Below, piece after piece: positions 1 through 12,670 of a stretch of DNA of 64,000 nucleotides (positions are counted from its first letter, which is position 1; each line of letters begins with the position of its first letter). A model generated the notes under the pieces. That model did no database searches and was not told where the DNA came from. It saw nothing but the letters and a program-made list of their open reading frames with translations. This DNA comes from Octopus vulgaris (Eukaryota): NCBI GenBank assembly GCA_951406725.2, contig OX597839.1, positions 23,002,001-23,066,000 of the forward strand. Direction: 5' to 3'. Position numbers and translations under genes: made by a program.

Positions 1-159
1 AATTACCGATGATGACGGTAGTGGAAGGCTGCTTAGTAAATTGGTTGTGCCAGACAAAAACTCATTTACATAATGGTACAAGGTTGACAATTCAGACAGT
101 AATTACTTCAGAATCAATACAAAATGGGCAATGAATAAACACATATATACAGAGAAAGA

Positions 160-160
<1 letters not shown>

Positions 161-213
<53 letters not shown>

Positions 214-383
214 CACATATATATATATATACACTTTAATATTATGGAATCACTACAGTATGACTTATATATATGTGGAATGCGTAGAAGTTTTTGTATG
301 TATGTATGTATGTATGTGTATGTGTGTGTATATATGTGTGTGTGTATATGGAAAACGGACGCTAAATGATGATGATGATGATG

Positions 384-420
<37 letters not shown>

Positions 421-441
421 TATATACATACATATATATAC

Positions 442-510
<69 letters not shown>

Positions 511-527
511 CATACATATATACATAC

Positions 528-562
<35 letters not shown>
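161..562. repeat. Compound (TA)n/(TG)n/(CATA)n/(GAT)n microsatellite
   Basis: Directly visible; source of the YIYI/CVCV ORFs. Confidence 0.95.
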
Positions 563-569
563 AAATATA

Positions 570-957
570 TTCTTTTATTGTTTCAGTCATTCAACTGTGG
601 CCATGCTGGTGCACTGTCTTTAGTGAAGCAAATTGACCCCAGGGCTTATTTTTTGAAAAGCTTAACACTTACTCTATTCTTTTTGCCAAACCGCTAAGTT
701 ACAGGGGTGTAAACACACCAGCATCGGTTATCATGCGATGTTGGGGGTCACACATACACACACACATACACATATATGTATATACATATATACGATGGGC
801 TTCTTTCAGTTTCCGTCTACCAAATCCACACACAAGACTTTGGTCGGCCCAGAGTTATAGTAGAAGACACTTGCCCAAGGTGCCACACAGTGTGACTGAA
901 CCCAGAACCATGTGGTTGGTAAGCAAGCAACCTACCACACAGCCACTTCTGCACCTA
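570..957 (-). mobile_element. tRNA-derived SINE family A, older copy
   Basis: Reverse complement of the family-A head (..CAGGAGTGGCTGTGTGGTAAG..GGTTCAGTCCCAC), internal (TA/TG)n and 3' part CAGCATGGCCACAGT..GACTGAAAC. Confidence 0.85.
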
Positions 958-973
958 TATATACAATTATAGA

Positions 974-1144
974 AGGGTACCGGGATACCACTTGCTAGAA
1001 ATAGGAGTTAACACTTCAAAGCCACAAACTTCTCACTATTATACAAGGTAAGGCCTATTTTTATTACCTTCATTCTATTCACCATGCATGTTGTGGTTCT
1101 GGAGTGTTAATCCCTATTTCTAGGAAGTGGTATTCTGGTACCCT
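974..1144. mobile_element. MITE-like element with ~55-bp imperfect terminal inverted repeats
   Basis: AGGGTACCGGGATACCACTTGCTAGAAATAGG.. (974-1028) is the reverse complement of ..CCTATTTCTAGGAAGTGGTATTCTGGTACCCT (1091-1144); related end at ~20038-20098. Confidence 0.7.
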
Positions 1145-1792
1145 AATTTATTTCTATATTTTACTTATTTAGGTTAAAGTTGCTGGCGACTTTATTGTTA
1201 TTGTTATTTTTAATAATTTTAATAATACTTTATTAGATTTTATCATCATCATCATCAACATATATACATGTATGTATGTGTATATACATTCATACATATA
1301 TATATATATATATGTACATACATACATATATATATATATAGATAGATACATACATACATATACACACACACGCATGCACGCGCATATACACATATAATTA
1401 TTGTATGTATTTAATAGTATGATACCAATTCACATGAACTATGAAGAAGAGAGAAAGAGATAGTTTTATCTCTTTCTATTTAATCTCACAATAAAATTCA
1501 AGTGCAAGAGAATAAGGATCTAAGTATATTTCCTCTCCATGTCTGCATAGATTAAAACGTAACACAACACTCACATGCCAAATACTGAGGCTGGAATTAA
1601 AGTGGTTCACATCCTTATCTTTATCGTTCGACTTCCGAGTGAAGAGTCACTAAAGTGAAATTATACTTAAAGTGGATTTGATAGTTTTTGCATGTTATTA
1701 TATGATGAGAGTGGTTATTCCCAGGACGAGGGTCTTTCCGTTCCAATACGTGGTTGCGGATCACGTAGAACTTGCAAGACAAATATAACAAT

Positions 1793-1834
1793 TTAGAATG
1801 TTTCAGCCTGGCCATAAATATTGTTAGGTGTGGC
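1793..1834 (-). CDS. Candidate terminal coding exon (ATPNNIYGQAETF*)
   Basis: Acceptor taccatttccag|GCC; phase 0 matches the candidate exon 3916-3862; unique non-repeat sequence follows. No homology recognised. Confidence 0.3.
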   Translation of the reverse strand, partial: ATPNNIYGQAETF

Positions 1835-3504
1835 CTGGAAATGGTAATATATTCACAACATGTTCACTTTTAAGATTTATAATATTATAATGAGTTGTCA
1901 GAAAAGGTTAGAAGAAGGGACAGAGAGCAGACATTTAAGGGAGACAGCAACGATAGCAAGAAGTACATGAAGAGTACGCATAGGATAAAACAGAAAAGGG
2001 CAGAAATGTGAACAGGTATGGATGTGTGGTAAGATGTTTGATTCCCAAACACATGGTTCCGGGTTCAATCTCACTGCATGGAAACTAGAGTATTTCATCC
2101 ATCTTTACATTCTGAGTTCAAATTCTGCCAGGGTCAACTTCGCCTCTTATCCTTTTGGGCTTAATAAAGTAAGTACCACTTGATTACTGGGGTCAATGTA
2201 ATCGACTATCCCCTCCCCCAAAATTGCTGGCCTTGTGCCAAAATTTGAAACCAATATTTTAATTGCAGGTGAATGACCTTTATATGAAGATGACCATTTG
2301 TAGGTTTCATTTTAAAGTCATAAACCCTCAACAATAATATCATTGGTTACCCGTTTCCACCAGATCAATCACTATTTCACTACATTACTGATGGTAACAC
2401 TGACAAGGGAGCACCTAAAAATTTGTGCAGAACAATTATCATGAAGGACTTTGCTTCATAAGTATTGACTTTTTTGGTTTTCTCATGGATGTTGCCAATA
2501 TATGTCAGCCAAAAACATACACTTCCATACACATGTAGACACATACACACATATATACATACACATACATACACAAAAGGGCTTCAATACAGTTTCCATC
2601 CATCAACTTCTACTCATAAGAGATAAATTCGAAGCTATGATTAAAAAAAACTTGCTCAAGGTGCTGAACTGGGAGATTGATCCTGGAATCCTTTGGTTGC
2701 CTGCAACTTGGATTCATCACTGACCATACAATGAATTGGGTGATGAGAACTGAAAACCTAAAATGTGGTTTAGTGGCTTAGTGGTTAGGGGTGTTGGACT
2801 CATGATCGTAAGATTGCAGTTTCAGTTCCTGGACCAGGCGATGTGTTGTGCTCTTGAGCAAAGCACTCCATTTAACATTGCTCCAGTCCATTCAGCTAGC
2901 AAAAGTGAGTAATCCTGTGAGGAGCTAGTGTCCCATCCAGGGGGAAGCAGTCCTATGAGTCTGTATGCCTTGGGAAGGATCTTTTTGATCCTGTCTCATC
3001 CATTGAGAGAATTGATCCAAGTTCCATCATCACCGGTTCCAACAGCTACTCCTACCCTAGAACACATCTATTTTAGCACATAGATAGCATTCTTAACATT
3101 TCTCCATGAAGCCAGCACTGAAAAGCATGGAGACTTTGGTAACATTCCTGTAACTATTCATGTCAAAACAAACTATTTTCCAGTAAACCATCTCAGCAAT
3201 CTGAGATTCTAATCATTAACTGTAATTGCTGTTAGTCACAGAAGTACGTTAGGTGCACGGAGAAAGTTCGTTAACCGAGGTCTTCTCACACACAAACAAT
3301 AGGTGTGGATGTGTGGTGAGAAGCTCGTTTCCTAACTGCATGGTTCTGGGTTCAGTCCCACTACATGGCATCTTGGGCAAGCATATTTCTACAATAGCCT
3401 CAGTCTGACAAAAGTCTGGGAGTGGATTTGGGAGATGGAAACTGTAAGAAGCCTGTCGTATACATCTATGTGTGTGTGTGTCCTTGTGTTGTCCCCCACC
3501 ACCA

Positions 3505-3710
3505 ACGATGATGATGAAGATGATGACGGTGATGATATGGTGATGGCAATGACGATGATGATGGAGGTGATGATGATGATGGTGATGACAATGATGATGA
3601 TGACAATGATGATGACAACAATGGTGATGACAATGACGTCGCAGACGATATTGACGATAATGATGATGACGATGATGACAACAACAATGATGGTGATGTT
3701 GATGATGATG
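3505..3710. repeat. Degenerate (GAT/GAC)n trinucleotide repeat
   Basis: Directly visible. Confidence 0.9.
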
Positions 3711-3861
3711 CACCCCTTGTCCCAGCTCCACAGTATGCTTCCACCCACCAACCCTATAATGTGCTGCCTTCCCCTTGGCCCTACAAATGTGCAGCCCTTC
3801 TCAAGTCCCCATCCCCCCACAACTCCCCCCACCTTCTTTACACCAGCTGCAAAATACTTAC

Positions 3862-3916
3862 AAAATAAACGACAATTGATGAAATTATGATGAATGATGA
3901 AGTGAGGAAGATGATG
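3862..3916 (-). CDS. Candidate 55-bp internal exon; one frame gives hydrophobic IIFLTSSFIIISSIVVYF
   Basis: Acceptor ttggatttcag| and donor TTTT|gtaagta; reading frame uncertain. Confidence 0.4.
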
Positions 3917-3940
3917 CTGAAATCCAATAAAGCCATCAAA

Positions 3941-3981
<41 letters not shown>

Positions 3982-4219
3982 TATACAGATTCATATGTAC
4001 ACATATACGCACTTATATAAACACACACACATGCACACATATATAGACATACATACATAAACACATGCATTTTTATGTTTTGCCAGGCATCTCTGAGTGT
4101 TTCTACATTCAGCTACATGAAGAAGCTTAAAGGGCACCACCACCACCACCCGCTTGGCATGGGTTCGGTAGCTTGATAGGAGCTGGCAAAGTCAGGAGCT
4201 GTACCAGGTTCCACAGTCT

Positions 4220-4642
4220 TATTTCTTATTTTTTTACTGCCCACAAGGGGCTAAACACAGAGAGGACAAACAAGGATGGACAAGCGGATTAAGTCGATTA
4301 TATCGACCCCAGTGTGTAACTGGTACTTATTTAACTGACCCCGAAAGGATGAAAGGCAAAGTTGACCTTGGCGGAATTTGAACTCAGAATATAGTGGCAG
4401 ACGAAATACCTATTTCTTTACTACCCAAAAGGGGCTAAACACAGAGAGGACAAACAAGGACGGACAAACGGATTAAGTCAATTATATCGACCCCAGTGTG
4501 TAACTGGTACTTATTTAATTGATACCGAAAGGATGAAAGGCAAAGTCGACCTCGGCGGAATTTGAACTCATAATGTAGCGGCAGACGAAATACCACTAAG
4601 CATTTCGCCTGGCATGCTAACGATTCTGCCAGCTTGCTCGCC
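4220..4642 (-). mobile_element. Dimeric SINE family B inserted into a (GAT)n-tailed retroposon
   Basis: Two copies of the ..GCCTTTCATCCTTTCGGGGTCGAT..AAGTACCAG.. unit; 16-bp TSD CCAGGTTCCACAGTCT at 4204-4219 and 4641-4656. Confidence 0.9.
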
Positions 4643-5138
4643 AGGTTCCACAGTCTGTTCCAGCATGGATTGAGTCTATGGCTGGATGCCCTTCCTAATG
4701 CCGACCAGTTACAGTGTGTACTGAGTGCTTTCTGCATGGCGCCAAAATAATCTGAAATGTTTGGAGCACAGGGTTGTTTGGGGGGTATGTTGTTATTGTA
4801 TGATTGTTTCTACATTTGAGTGAGAGTGAGGTGGGGGGGGGGAGATATGGAACTTGATGGTTTCTGAAATATGTAAGGAACTTCAGAGAAGCCACCAATT
4901 CTAAAGTTAGCAACATGATATAACGATGCAGAGATAACCAACAGACACAGATCTAATTTGTGTGACTTTCTTCATTTTCCCTTTGGCTTATGACTGAATG
5001 TTAATGTAGATATTCCAGTGTTTTATAACACCACACCGCCATCAATGCCACCACATCACATGAGCCAATAACACAGCTCCTATATGGTACAGAAATATTT
5101 GCCAAATCACAGATTTCATTCAAATTGCTATTAGTGTC

Positions 5139-5365
5139 TTAACCCTTTAGTGTTCAGATTATTCTATCAAACATAATGCTTATTGATTCCCATTGATTTG
5201 AATCAATCATGCATTATCTCATATCTTCAAGATCTTGATGGTGTAATTACTTAATGTAGAATGACATTGTAGGGTAGGTGTGAGAGTCTGGATCTGGTCA
5301 GTTTGAACATAAAACAGATTAAATATTTTGGCTGGATATGGCTGGTTTAAATACTAAAGGGTTAA
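5139..5365. mobile_element. piggyBac-type MITE
   Basis: TTAA|CCCTTTAGT ... ACTAAAGGG|TTAA ends; near-identical copy at 24917-25142; more degraded copies at ~19.7-20.0, 21.2-21.4, 46.0-46.7 and 52.0 kb. Confidence 0.85.
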
Positions 5366-6007
5366 AAAAAGAAATACACTGGACAACATGGTCCTGGGTT
5401 TCCTACACAAAGGAAAAAGGTGAGATGGTCATGGAAGGAATACTTTTAATTATATGTGTCGGTGATCAGGTCTGACCTGGGGCTAAATAACAACACACAG
5501 AAACTGTGACAAGGCACTGGTCATTCAGAGCAGGTAACATGCTAAGGGTAATAAGGTTTCAGAATTAATTAACCTAAGAGACCAATTGTTTAGGGTAGGG
5601 ACCAAGAACAGGGCCCAACTCAGAAAATAAGAATAATCCCTCCAAAGAGATTTCACATGGTCTCTGTCCTCCAAACCTAGTCCATCACCTAATCTAAAAC
5701 CATTCCCTCGATCATGGGTGCTTTATTAGGGCCTACTCTGTGGTAGGTATTGCAGTTAGGGACCTAGCCTAAGGATAACTTTTCCTTTCACCCGCAACCC
5801 AGTCTTGGAGCCCCTGAATCAGAGAAAAGCAGGTCACAAATATTGGTCTTTCTTCTCAAACTATGTCAGTAAAAATTTTTTAAAAAACTGATGCCTTACC
5901 AAATACTGGGTTTTTGGGTTGCCTTGTCCTATATTTCATTCAATTAATCTGGTCTGTCAGTCGACCCAGCATGCCACAGTGTCACATGAGTCACTTATTT
6001 AACTCAC

Positions 6008-6083
6008 AGACACTAATAGAGGGGAAAAGTGTTATTCCTGTTGATTGCTGTGGAAGCATGATTGTCGACCAATTTCAAAAAGA
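6008..6083 (-). other. Candidate exon, coding status unclear
   Basis: Polypyrimidine tract + ctaat branch + ttcttcag| acceptor and GTCT|gtgagt donor; each frame contains a stop, but an internal ATG gives MLPQQSTGITLFPSISV up to a phase-1 donor. Confidence 0.3.
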
Positions 6084-6096
6084 CTGAAGAAGCATT

Positions 6097-6133
<37 letters not shown>

Positions 6134-6510
6134 AGGAGAGAGAGGGGAGAGAGAGGGGAGAGAGAGGAGAGAGAGAGGAGAGGGGGAGGGGAAATTTTAA
6201 AGGTCACAAGTTAAACAGGTTTATGGTGGTGGCAGAAGAGAATTAACAGCAAAGTTTATTGCCAGATGTACTTTGGGTGGTTGTCGTTGTCGTTGTTGTT
6301 GTTGTTGTTGTTATTATCATTAAGTTCCTCAAGGTCAGTTGTGATTGAGCAGAACTATGACCAAAGGCCTTCCAAATGTGACCATTCCATTGTTTTCCAA
6401 GACATGAAATCTCATGACCACATTCTGCCATGTGTTTTGTCCTTTCCTTTCCTAAGACGGTAGGGAGTAATTTGGCTGCTATTTCTAGCATGTTGCAGTA
6501 TCATGTAGAG

Positions 6511-6792
6511 CAGTGGTTCCCAAACTTTTTCGGGCTGTCGCACCCCACCCCTTGGCACCCAGGTCACATTCCTAGCACCCCCACCCCAACTAACCATCAC
6601 AAACCCAGACCTCTTTCCGAAGCAAGTTCAAAACAACTGCATTTCACAAATAAGGCTTAACCTAATCAACCCATTAATTTGTTTGTTTTTGCATTAATTG
6701 CTTCTCCATTATTGCCCCACTTTTCTTCAATGACCCCTTGGAACTTTCCACCGACACCAGGGGGGCAATGCTGCCAACTTTGCAAACCACTG
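6511..6792. mobile_element. hAT (Charlie-like) MITE
   Basis: TIRs CAGTGGTTCCCAAA / TTGCAAACCACTG; perfect 8-bp TSD ATGTAGAG at 6503-6510 and 6793-6800. Confidence 0.9.
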
Positions 6793-6800
6793 ATGTAGAG

Positions 6801-7621
6801 CAATGTTTCTCAACCCTTTTTTTTTTTACTTATGGACCCTTTTGATTCTAAATTTATTCTACTGGACCCTCATAACCATTCAGTCATCATCATCATCATC
6901 ATCATCACTGTTTAACGTCCGTTTTCCATTCTGGCATGGGTTGGACGGTTTGACTGAGGACTGGCAAGCCAGTAGGCTGTACCAGGTTCCAATCTGACCA
7001 GTCAATGCTTAAAAGAATTCTATTATATTTTTATAATTAAACTAGCAGTATCGCCCGGCGTTGCTCGGGTTTGTAAGGGAAATAACTATATAAGCATTTT
7101 TAGAGAGTTACTTCCCTTATAGATGCCAATTCGGGCTTTCTTAGCCATTTCTGTTTTGGTGTCTTCAAGCCATGAAGTCGTTGTTCTAAAAGAATGCTGG
7201 TCTCCTTGACAACGCTTTACGACGTTGATTTCCATACACTCCCTTCCCCACAGCTTCACGAGGGAGGGAAGAAGGGGGAGAAGCAAACAGGTGCAGGTGT
7301 GACCATGGACGCCAACTCCGCCGCCATCGACACAAGAAAAATTATGCATTAAAATGGAAAAAAATGATGTTAAATTATTTTTAAAATCGTAGACTCATCG
7401 TAGACGCGCGCTAATAGCCAGACGGGCTCAATATGAATCACGACTATAAGATACCCGGTTTTGGTTAAACTGCACCGCAAAATGTGGGAGTAGTTAGGAA
7501 TCTAGATCGAAGGGGACAGACACTCACACAACTACAGTTTTATATATAGAGATTTATTGCAGATAAATTTTAACAACAAAATCTTATATGGACCCCCAAA
7601 GGTCCTGGTTGAGAACTAATG
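6801..7621. mobile_element. Second hAT-like MITE interrupted by nested insertions
   Basis: Ends CAATGTTTCTCAACC / GGTTGAGAACTAATG; contains a (GAT)n-retroposon tail (6885-6995) and a Helitron. Confidence 0.65.
7042..7552 (-). mobile_element. Non-autonomous Helitron
   Basis: Minus strand reads A|TC..CCCGAGCAACGCCGGG hairpin..CTAG|T, no TSD; 3' end shared with 27587-28341. Confidence 0.8.
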
Positions 7622-7759
7622 GTGTGAAAACTCGCTCACTAAATATTCAATTCCAGAAATGACATGACAGAAGACAGACACTGTGAAAGAGATGCTTTAT
7701 TGCAGATATAGCCAACCCACACTGCACTGAGACCAGATCAAACAGATATTGAAATGGTA

Positions 7760-8150
7760 AGCACAGGAGTGGCTGTGTGGTAAGGAGTTTGCTTACCAAC
7801 CACATGGTTCCAGGTTCAGTCCTATCATGTGGCACCTTGAGAAAATGTCTTCTTACTATAGCTTTAGGCTGACTAAAGTCTTGTGAGTGGATTTGGGAGA
7901 TGGAAACTGAAAGAAGCCCCTCATATATATATATATGTATATGTATGTATGCATGTATGTATATGTATATATATATCTGTGTGTGTGTGTATGTCTGCGT
8001 TTGTCTCTGTAATCTAGCAGTTCAGCAAAAGAGACCAATAGAACAAGTACCATGCTTAAAAAATAAGTGCTGGAGGTCGAGGTTGTTTGGCTAAAATCCT
8101 TCAAGGTGGTGCCCCAGCATGGCCGCAGTCAAAGGACTGAAACAAGTTAA
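7760..8150 (+). mobile_element. SINE family A, diverged copy
   Basis: Head GCACAGGAGTGGCTGTGTGGTAAG, internal microsatellite, tail CAGCATGGCCGCAGTCAAA..GACTGAAACAAG. Confidence 0.85.
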
Positions 8151-8574
8151 ATTTAGAAGGTAGAAAATACAGTAAGATATTGATAGATTCAAAATGCCAG
8201 ACGCAGCCCCGAAGACTTTCAAAACCATTTTTTTCACACCCAGAATTGTTGAATCATAGACTAAATTATCCACATCAGTCATTAGCTGTCGAGACACTTT
8301 ATCCTTCCAAAATTCTCAGCTTCTTCAAATGTACCCCCCCCCCCCCCGGGCCATGTGCCTTGCACTCTTCTCTTTTTTTACTGCTCTTTTTAATGTTCGC
8401 TTCTCTGCGGTTTTGCTCTTGTTATCCTCTGTTCCACGATTGCCAATTCTAGCTTTCATTGCTCTGCTTTCTCTCCCCCTCTTCTACTCTTTTCTGTTGA
8501 GTTACTGTACTGCACCTGAGCTCCACACACAGCCAACTCCCCCCCCCTCCTCCTCCTCCTCATCATCATCATCA

Positions 8575-8653
8575 TCACCATCAATAATAATAATAATAAT
8601 AATAAATAATAAATAATAATAATAATAAAATAATAATAATAGTGATAATAATA

Positions 8654-8687
<34 letters not shown>

Positions 8688-8711
8688 AATATAATAATAA
8701 TAATAATAATG

Positions 8712-8757
<46 letters not shown>

Positions 8758-8768
8758 TAATAATGATA

Positions 8769-8811
<43 letters not shown>

Positions 8812-9265
8812 GGCAGTGAGCTGGCAGAGTCGTTAGCATGCTGGGCAAAATGCTTAGCAGTATTTTGCCTGTTCTTTATGTTCTGAGTTCAAATTCTGCT
8901 GAGGTCGACTTTGCCTTTCATCCTTTCAGGGTCTATAAATTAAGTACCAATTAAGTACTGAGGTGAATCTAATTGACTGCTCTCACCCAAAACTAGTTCA
9001 GGCCTTGTTCCTATAGCAGAAAGGCTTATTATTATTATTATTATTATTATTAAGGCAGTGAGCTGGCAGAGTCGTTAGCATGCTGGGCAAAATGTTTAGC
9101 GGTATTTTGTCTGCGGCTACGTTCTGAGTTTAAATTCCGCCAAGGTCGACTTTGCCTTTCATCCTTTTGGGGTTGATAAATTAAGTACCAATGAAACACT
9201 GGGGTCGATGTGATTGACTAGTCCCCTCCCCTCAAATTTCAGGCCTTGTGCCTATAGCATTATTA
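8575..9265 (+). mobile_element. (AAT)n microsatellite followed by two tandem older SINE-B copies (8811-9025, 9053-9262)
   Basis: Both begin GGCAGTGAGCTGGCAGAGTCGTTAGC directly after (AAT)/(ATT) runs. Confidence 0.85.
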
Positions 9266-9321
9266 TTTGACTGCCTGGCTTTTAATTCCTCAAGTCAAAA
9301 AGCAAGGATTGAAAGAAAGAG

Positions 9322-9354
<33 letters not shown>

Positions 9355-9999
9355 GAATTTCAGCTGCCCTTATATAGCTAGTTTGCTCTTGTTTGATTGA
9401 TGTATCTAAATGGAAGATCCAGATACTGTTTGTTTTTTTCCCTCAGAGCATCAATCCAGTTTATCAAAATTATGAATGCTGCGTAATGCCTAAATGAGTA
9501 GGATTGTGACTACAAGGGGTTGAAAAGGGGATCCTCTGAAAGGCCCCTGGAGTAATGTTACTTGACACGGTGCACAGCTTAGAGATGAGAAAGTCTCTCA
9601 AGGTCCAGTCACAATTTCTCTGCCTCAACAGTCACCTGGTGCTACAGACCTGTGATTAAAATGTCGCTGGAAAGAATCGCAAGATGGATTTTTCAAGCTG
9701 AGCCAAGCAGCAGAAGACTCAGGAAGAGACCATAAGAAAGCGGTTGGCCATACCTGGGAATCCAACCTGATGGTGATTGCTTTTGATAGCCCCCTACAGA
9801 GCAGGTACCTAAGGATTATCCTTCCAAGCCACCCAGGTGAAGTGGATAAAGAAAAGGGATGTATATTAAGGTTTATTTATTTTTTACTGATTTGGTAGTT
9901 TTCTCTTTTGCTCTCAGTTACCTGGGTACACTCTGCACCCACCTCTGTTAGAAATTTGTGGGGTTTCAAAATTACGTTTTGGTGCTGGTTGCACATAAA

Positions 10000-10746
10000 A
10001 GGCACTTTTTGAGTCTGGTTGATGCCAGTGCCGCCTGACTGGCTTCCATGCCGGAGACACATAAAATAGACCATTCCAGAGTGACCAATGCCAGTGCCAC
10101 TTGACTGGTACCCATACCAGTGGCATGTAAAAGGCACCCACTACACTCTCGGAGTGGTTGGCATTAAGAAGGGCATCGAGCTGCAGAAATCTTGCCATAT
10201 CAGATTGGAGCCTGGTGCGGCCTCCCAGCTTGCCAGTCCTCAGTCAAACCTATTTCTTTACTACCCACAAGGGGCTAAACACAGAGAGGACAAACAAGGA
10301 CAGACAAACGGATTAAGTCGATTAGATCGACCCCAGTGCATAACTGGTACTTATTTAATCGACCCCGAAAGGATGAAAGGCAATGTCAACCTCAGCGGAA
10401 TTTGAACTCAGAACGTAGCGGCAGACGAAATACCTATTTCTTTATTGCCCACAAGGGGCTAAACACAGAGGGGACAAACAAGGACAGACAAACGGATTAA
10501 GTCGATTACATCGACCCCAGTGCGTAACAGGTACTTATTTAATCGACCCCGAAAGGATGAAAGGCAAAGTCGACCTCGACGGAATTTGAACTCAGAATGT
10601 AGCGGCAGACGAAATACGGCTATGCATTTCGCCCAGTGTGCTAACGTTTCTGCCAGCTCGCCACCTCAGTCAAACCATCCAACCCATGCCAGCATGGAAA
10701 GTGGATGTTAAACAATGACGACAATGATGATGATGATGATGATGAT
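10000..10746 (+). mobile_element. (GAT)n-tailed retroposon 3' part carrying a dimeric SINE-B insert (10251-10663, minus)
   Basis: Conserved GGAAGGGCATCCAGCTGTAGAAA..AACCCATGCCAGCATGGAAA..GTTAAAC(GAT)n end; TSD CCTCAGTCAAACC at 10238-10250 and 10664-10676. Other family copies: 13490-13700, 17300-17652, 26500-26730, 32655-32880(-), 41870-42405, 48706-48850(-), 55300-55720, 56096-56210(-). Confidence 0.9.
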
Positions 10747-10867
10747 AAACTGGTTCGTTTCCTCATACCTAAAGATCTTGCTCAATTAAAGGGCATCAAA
10801 ATGTGCACCTCATCAGAGGTAGCATGTGCGCACACACGTGTGTGTGTGTGTGCGTGTGTGTACGTAC

Positions 10868-11018
10868 AAATATTTGTGTTGTACTCAGTTGTACTCTGAT
10901 CAGCATTAATATATTTGTCCTTTAATACATCTTCAGTGTTTATGATTCTGTTGCCAGAATGAGATGAAGTAGAAGCATTCCATATCTGCTTCCACAATAG
11001 AAGATGCTCGAAAGAGAT
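10868..11018 (-). CDS. Candidate internal coding exon (ISFEHLLLWKQIWNASTSSHSGNRIINTEDVLKDKYINADQSTTEYNTNI)
   Basis: Acceptor tctttctgctaatgctgtctggcag| (alternative acceptor at 10985), open frame, donor ATTT|gtacgt; unique protein-like sequence between microsatellites. Confidence 0.5.
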
Positions 11019-11174
11019 CTGCCAGACAGCATTAGCAGAAAGAGACGGAGGAGGGCTTCCACCCAGCACCAAAAGCGACAACAAAATTCAAAGAACAAAC
11101 CTATCGTACGACAAGAAAAGTAAACAATTCACAATGAGATTTGAGGTTAATAAGGATATAAGATAATACAGCAC

Positions 11175-11560
<386 letters not shown>

Positions 11561-11884
11561 ACACGTTATTTTTGAAACTGAAAAAAATGTCTTCAGAAAT
11601 TAATCCTCATAAGTTTCAAGTTTCATATAACACACACACTCGCACGTGCGTGTGCATGTGTGCGTGGTGTGCGCATGTATATATGGAATACACAGACAGA
11701 TAGAAAATGAAAATATTCGTGTGTGTGTATATATATATTTATATATATATTTTCACTGTGTACTTCTAATTCACTCCTTTTGCTCTTTTCTGTTTTTCAT
11801 TTCTGATTTGCCTACACTCACACACACACACACACACAATACACACACATACACACATGCACATACACACATACATATATTCCT

Positions 11885-12670
11885 TTCATTCTTTTACTTG
11901 TTCTAGTGCTGGAATACCACCTTTAGTCGAACAAATCAACCCCAGGACTTATTCTTTGTAAGCCTAGTACTTATTCTATCACTGTCTTTTGCTGAACCAC
12001 TAAGTTACGGAGTCGTAAACACACGAATACACACACAAACACACACACATATATACAATGGGCTTCTCTCAGTTTCCAGCTAGTAAATCCACTCACAAGG
12101 CTTTGGTTGGCCTGAGGCTATAGTAGAAGACACTTGCCCAAGGTGCCACGCTGTGGGACTGAACCTGGAACCATGTGGTTGGGAAGCAAGCTTCTTACAA
12201 CACAGCCACTCTGGCACCTATGCATATATATATATGTAACATTACTATATGTTTCATCATATAACACACACACAAAACACACTAGAAGTGGTTGTGTGGT
12301 AATTAGCTTGCTTACCAACCACGTGATTCTGAGTTCAGTCCCACTGCATGACACCTTGGGCAAGTGTCTTCTACTATAGCCTCAGGCTGACCAAAGCCTT
12401 GTGAGTGGATTTCGTAGATGGAAACTGAACGAAGCTTGTCGTATATATGTATATGCGTGTGTGTGTGTGTGTGTGTGTTTGGCTCCCTCAACATCGCTTG
12501 ACAACTGATGCTGGTGCGTTTACGTCCGCGTCACCTAGCGGTTCGGCAAAAGAGACTAATAGGATAAGTACTAGGCTTACAAAGAATAAGTCCTGGGGTC
12601 GATTTATTCGACTAAAGGCGGTGCTCCAGTATGGCCACAGTCACATGACCAAAACAAGTAAGTAAAAGAG
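11885..12670. mobile_element. Head-to-head pair of SINE-A copies (11885-12215 minus; 12285-12670 plus)
   Basis: Family-A sequence in opposite orientations ~70 bp apart. Confidence 0.85.

Noticed and set aside
1-110. Minus-strand open stretch ending TCG|gtaatt
   Set aside because: Preceded by an in-frame stop with no usable acceptor or ATG; at the window edge
2351-2413. Minus-strand exon-like segment (ttttag|GTGCTCC..G|gtaacc)
   Set aside because: Stops in all three frames; could only be non-coding
6752-6770. CTCF-like CACCAGGGGGGCA
   Set aside because: Lies in the subterminal region of a hAT MITE; no independent support
9420-9860. Higher-complexity stretches (also 5570-5920, 24540-24890) possibly from old retroelements
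   Set aside because: No recognisable motif or intact frame; cannot be classified without a search
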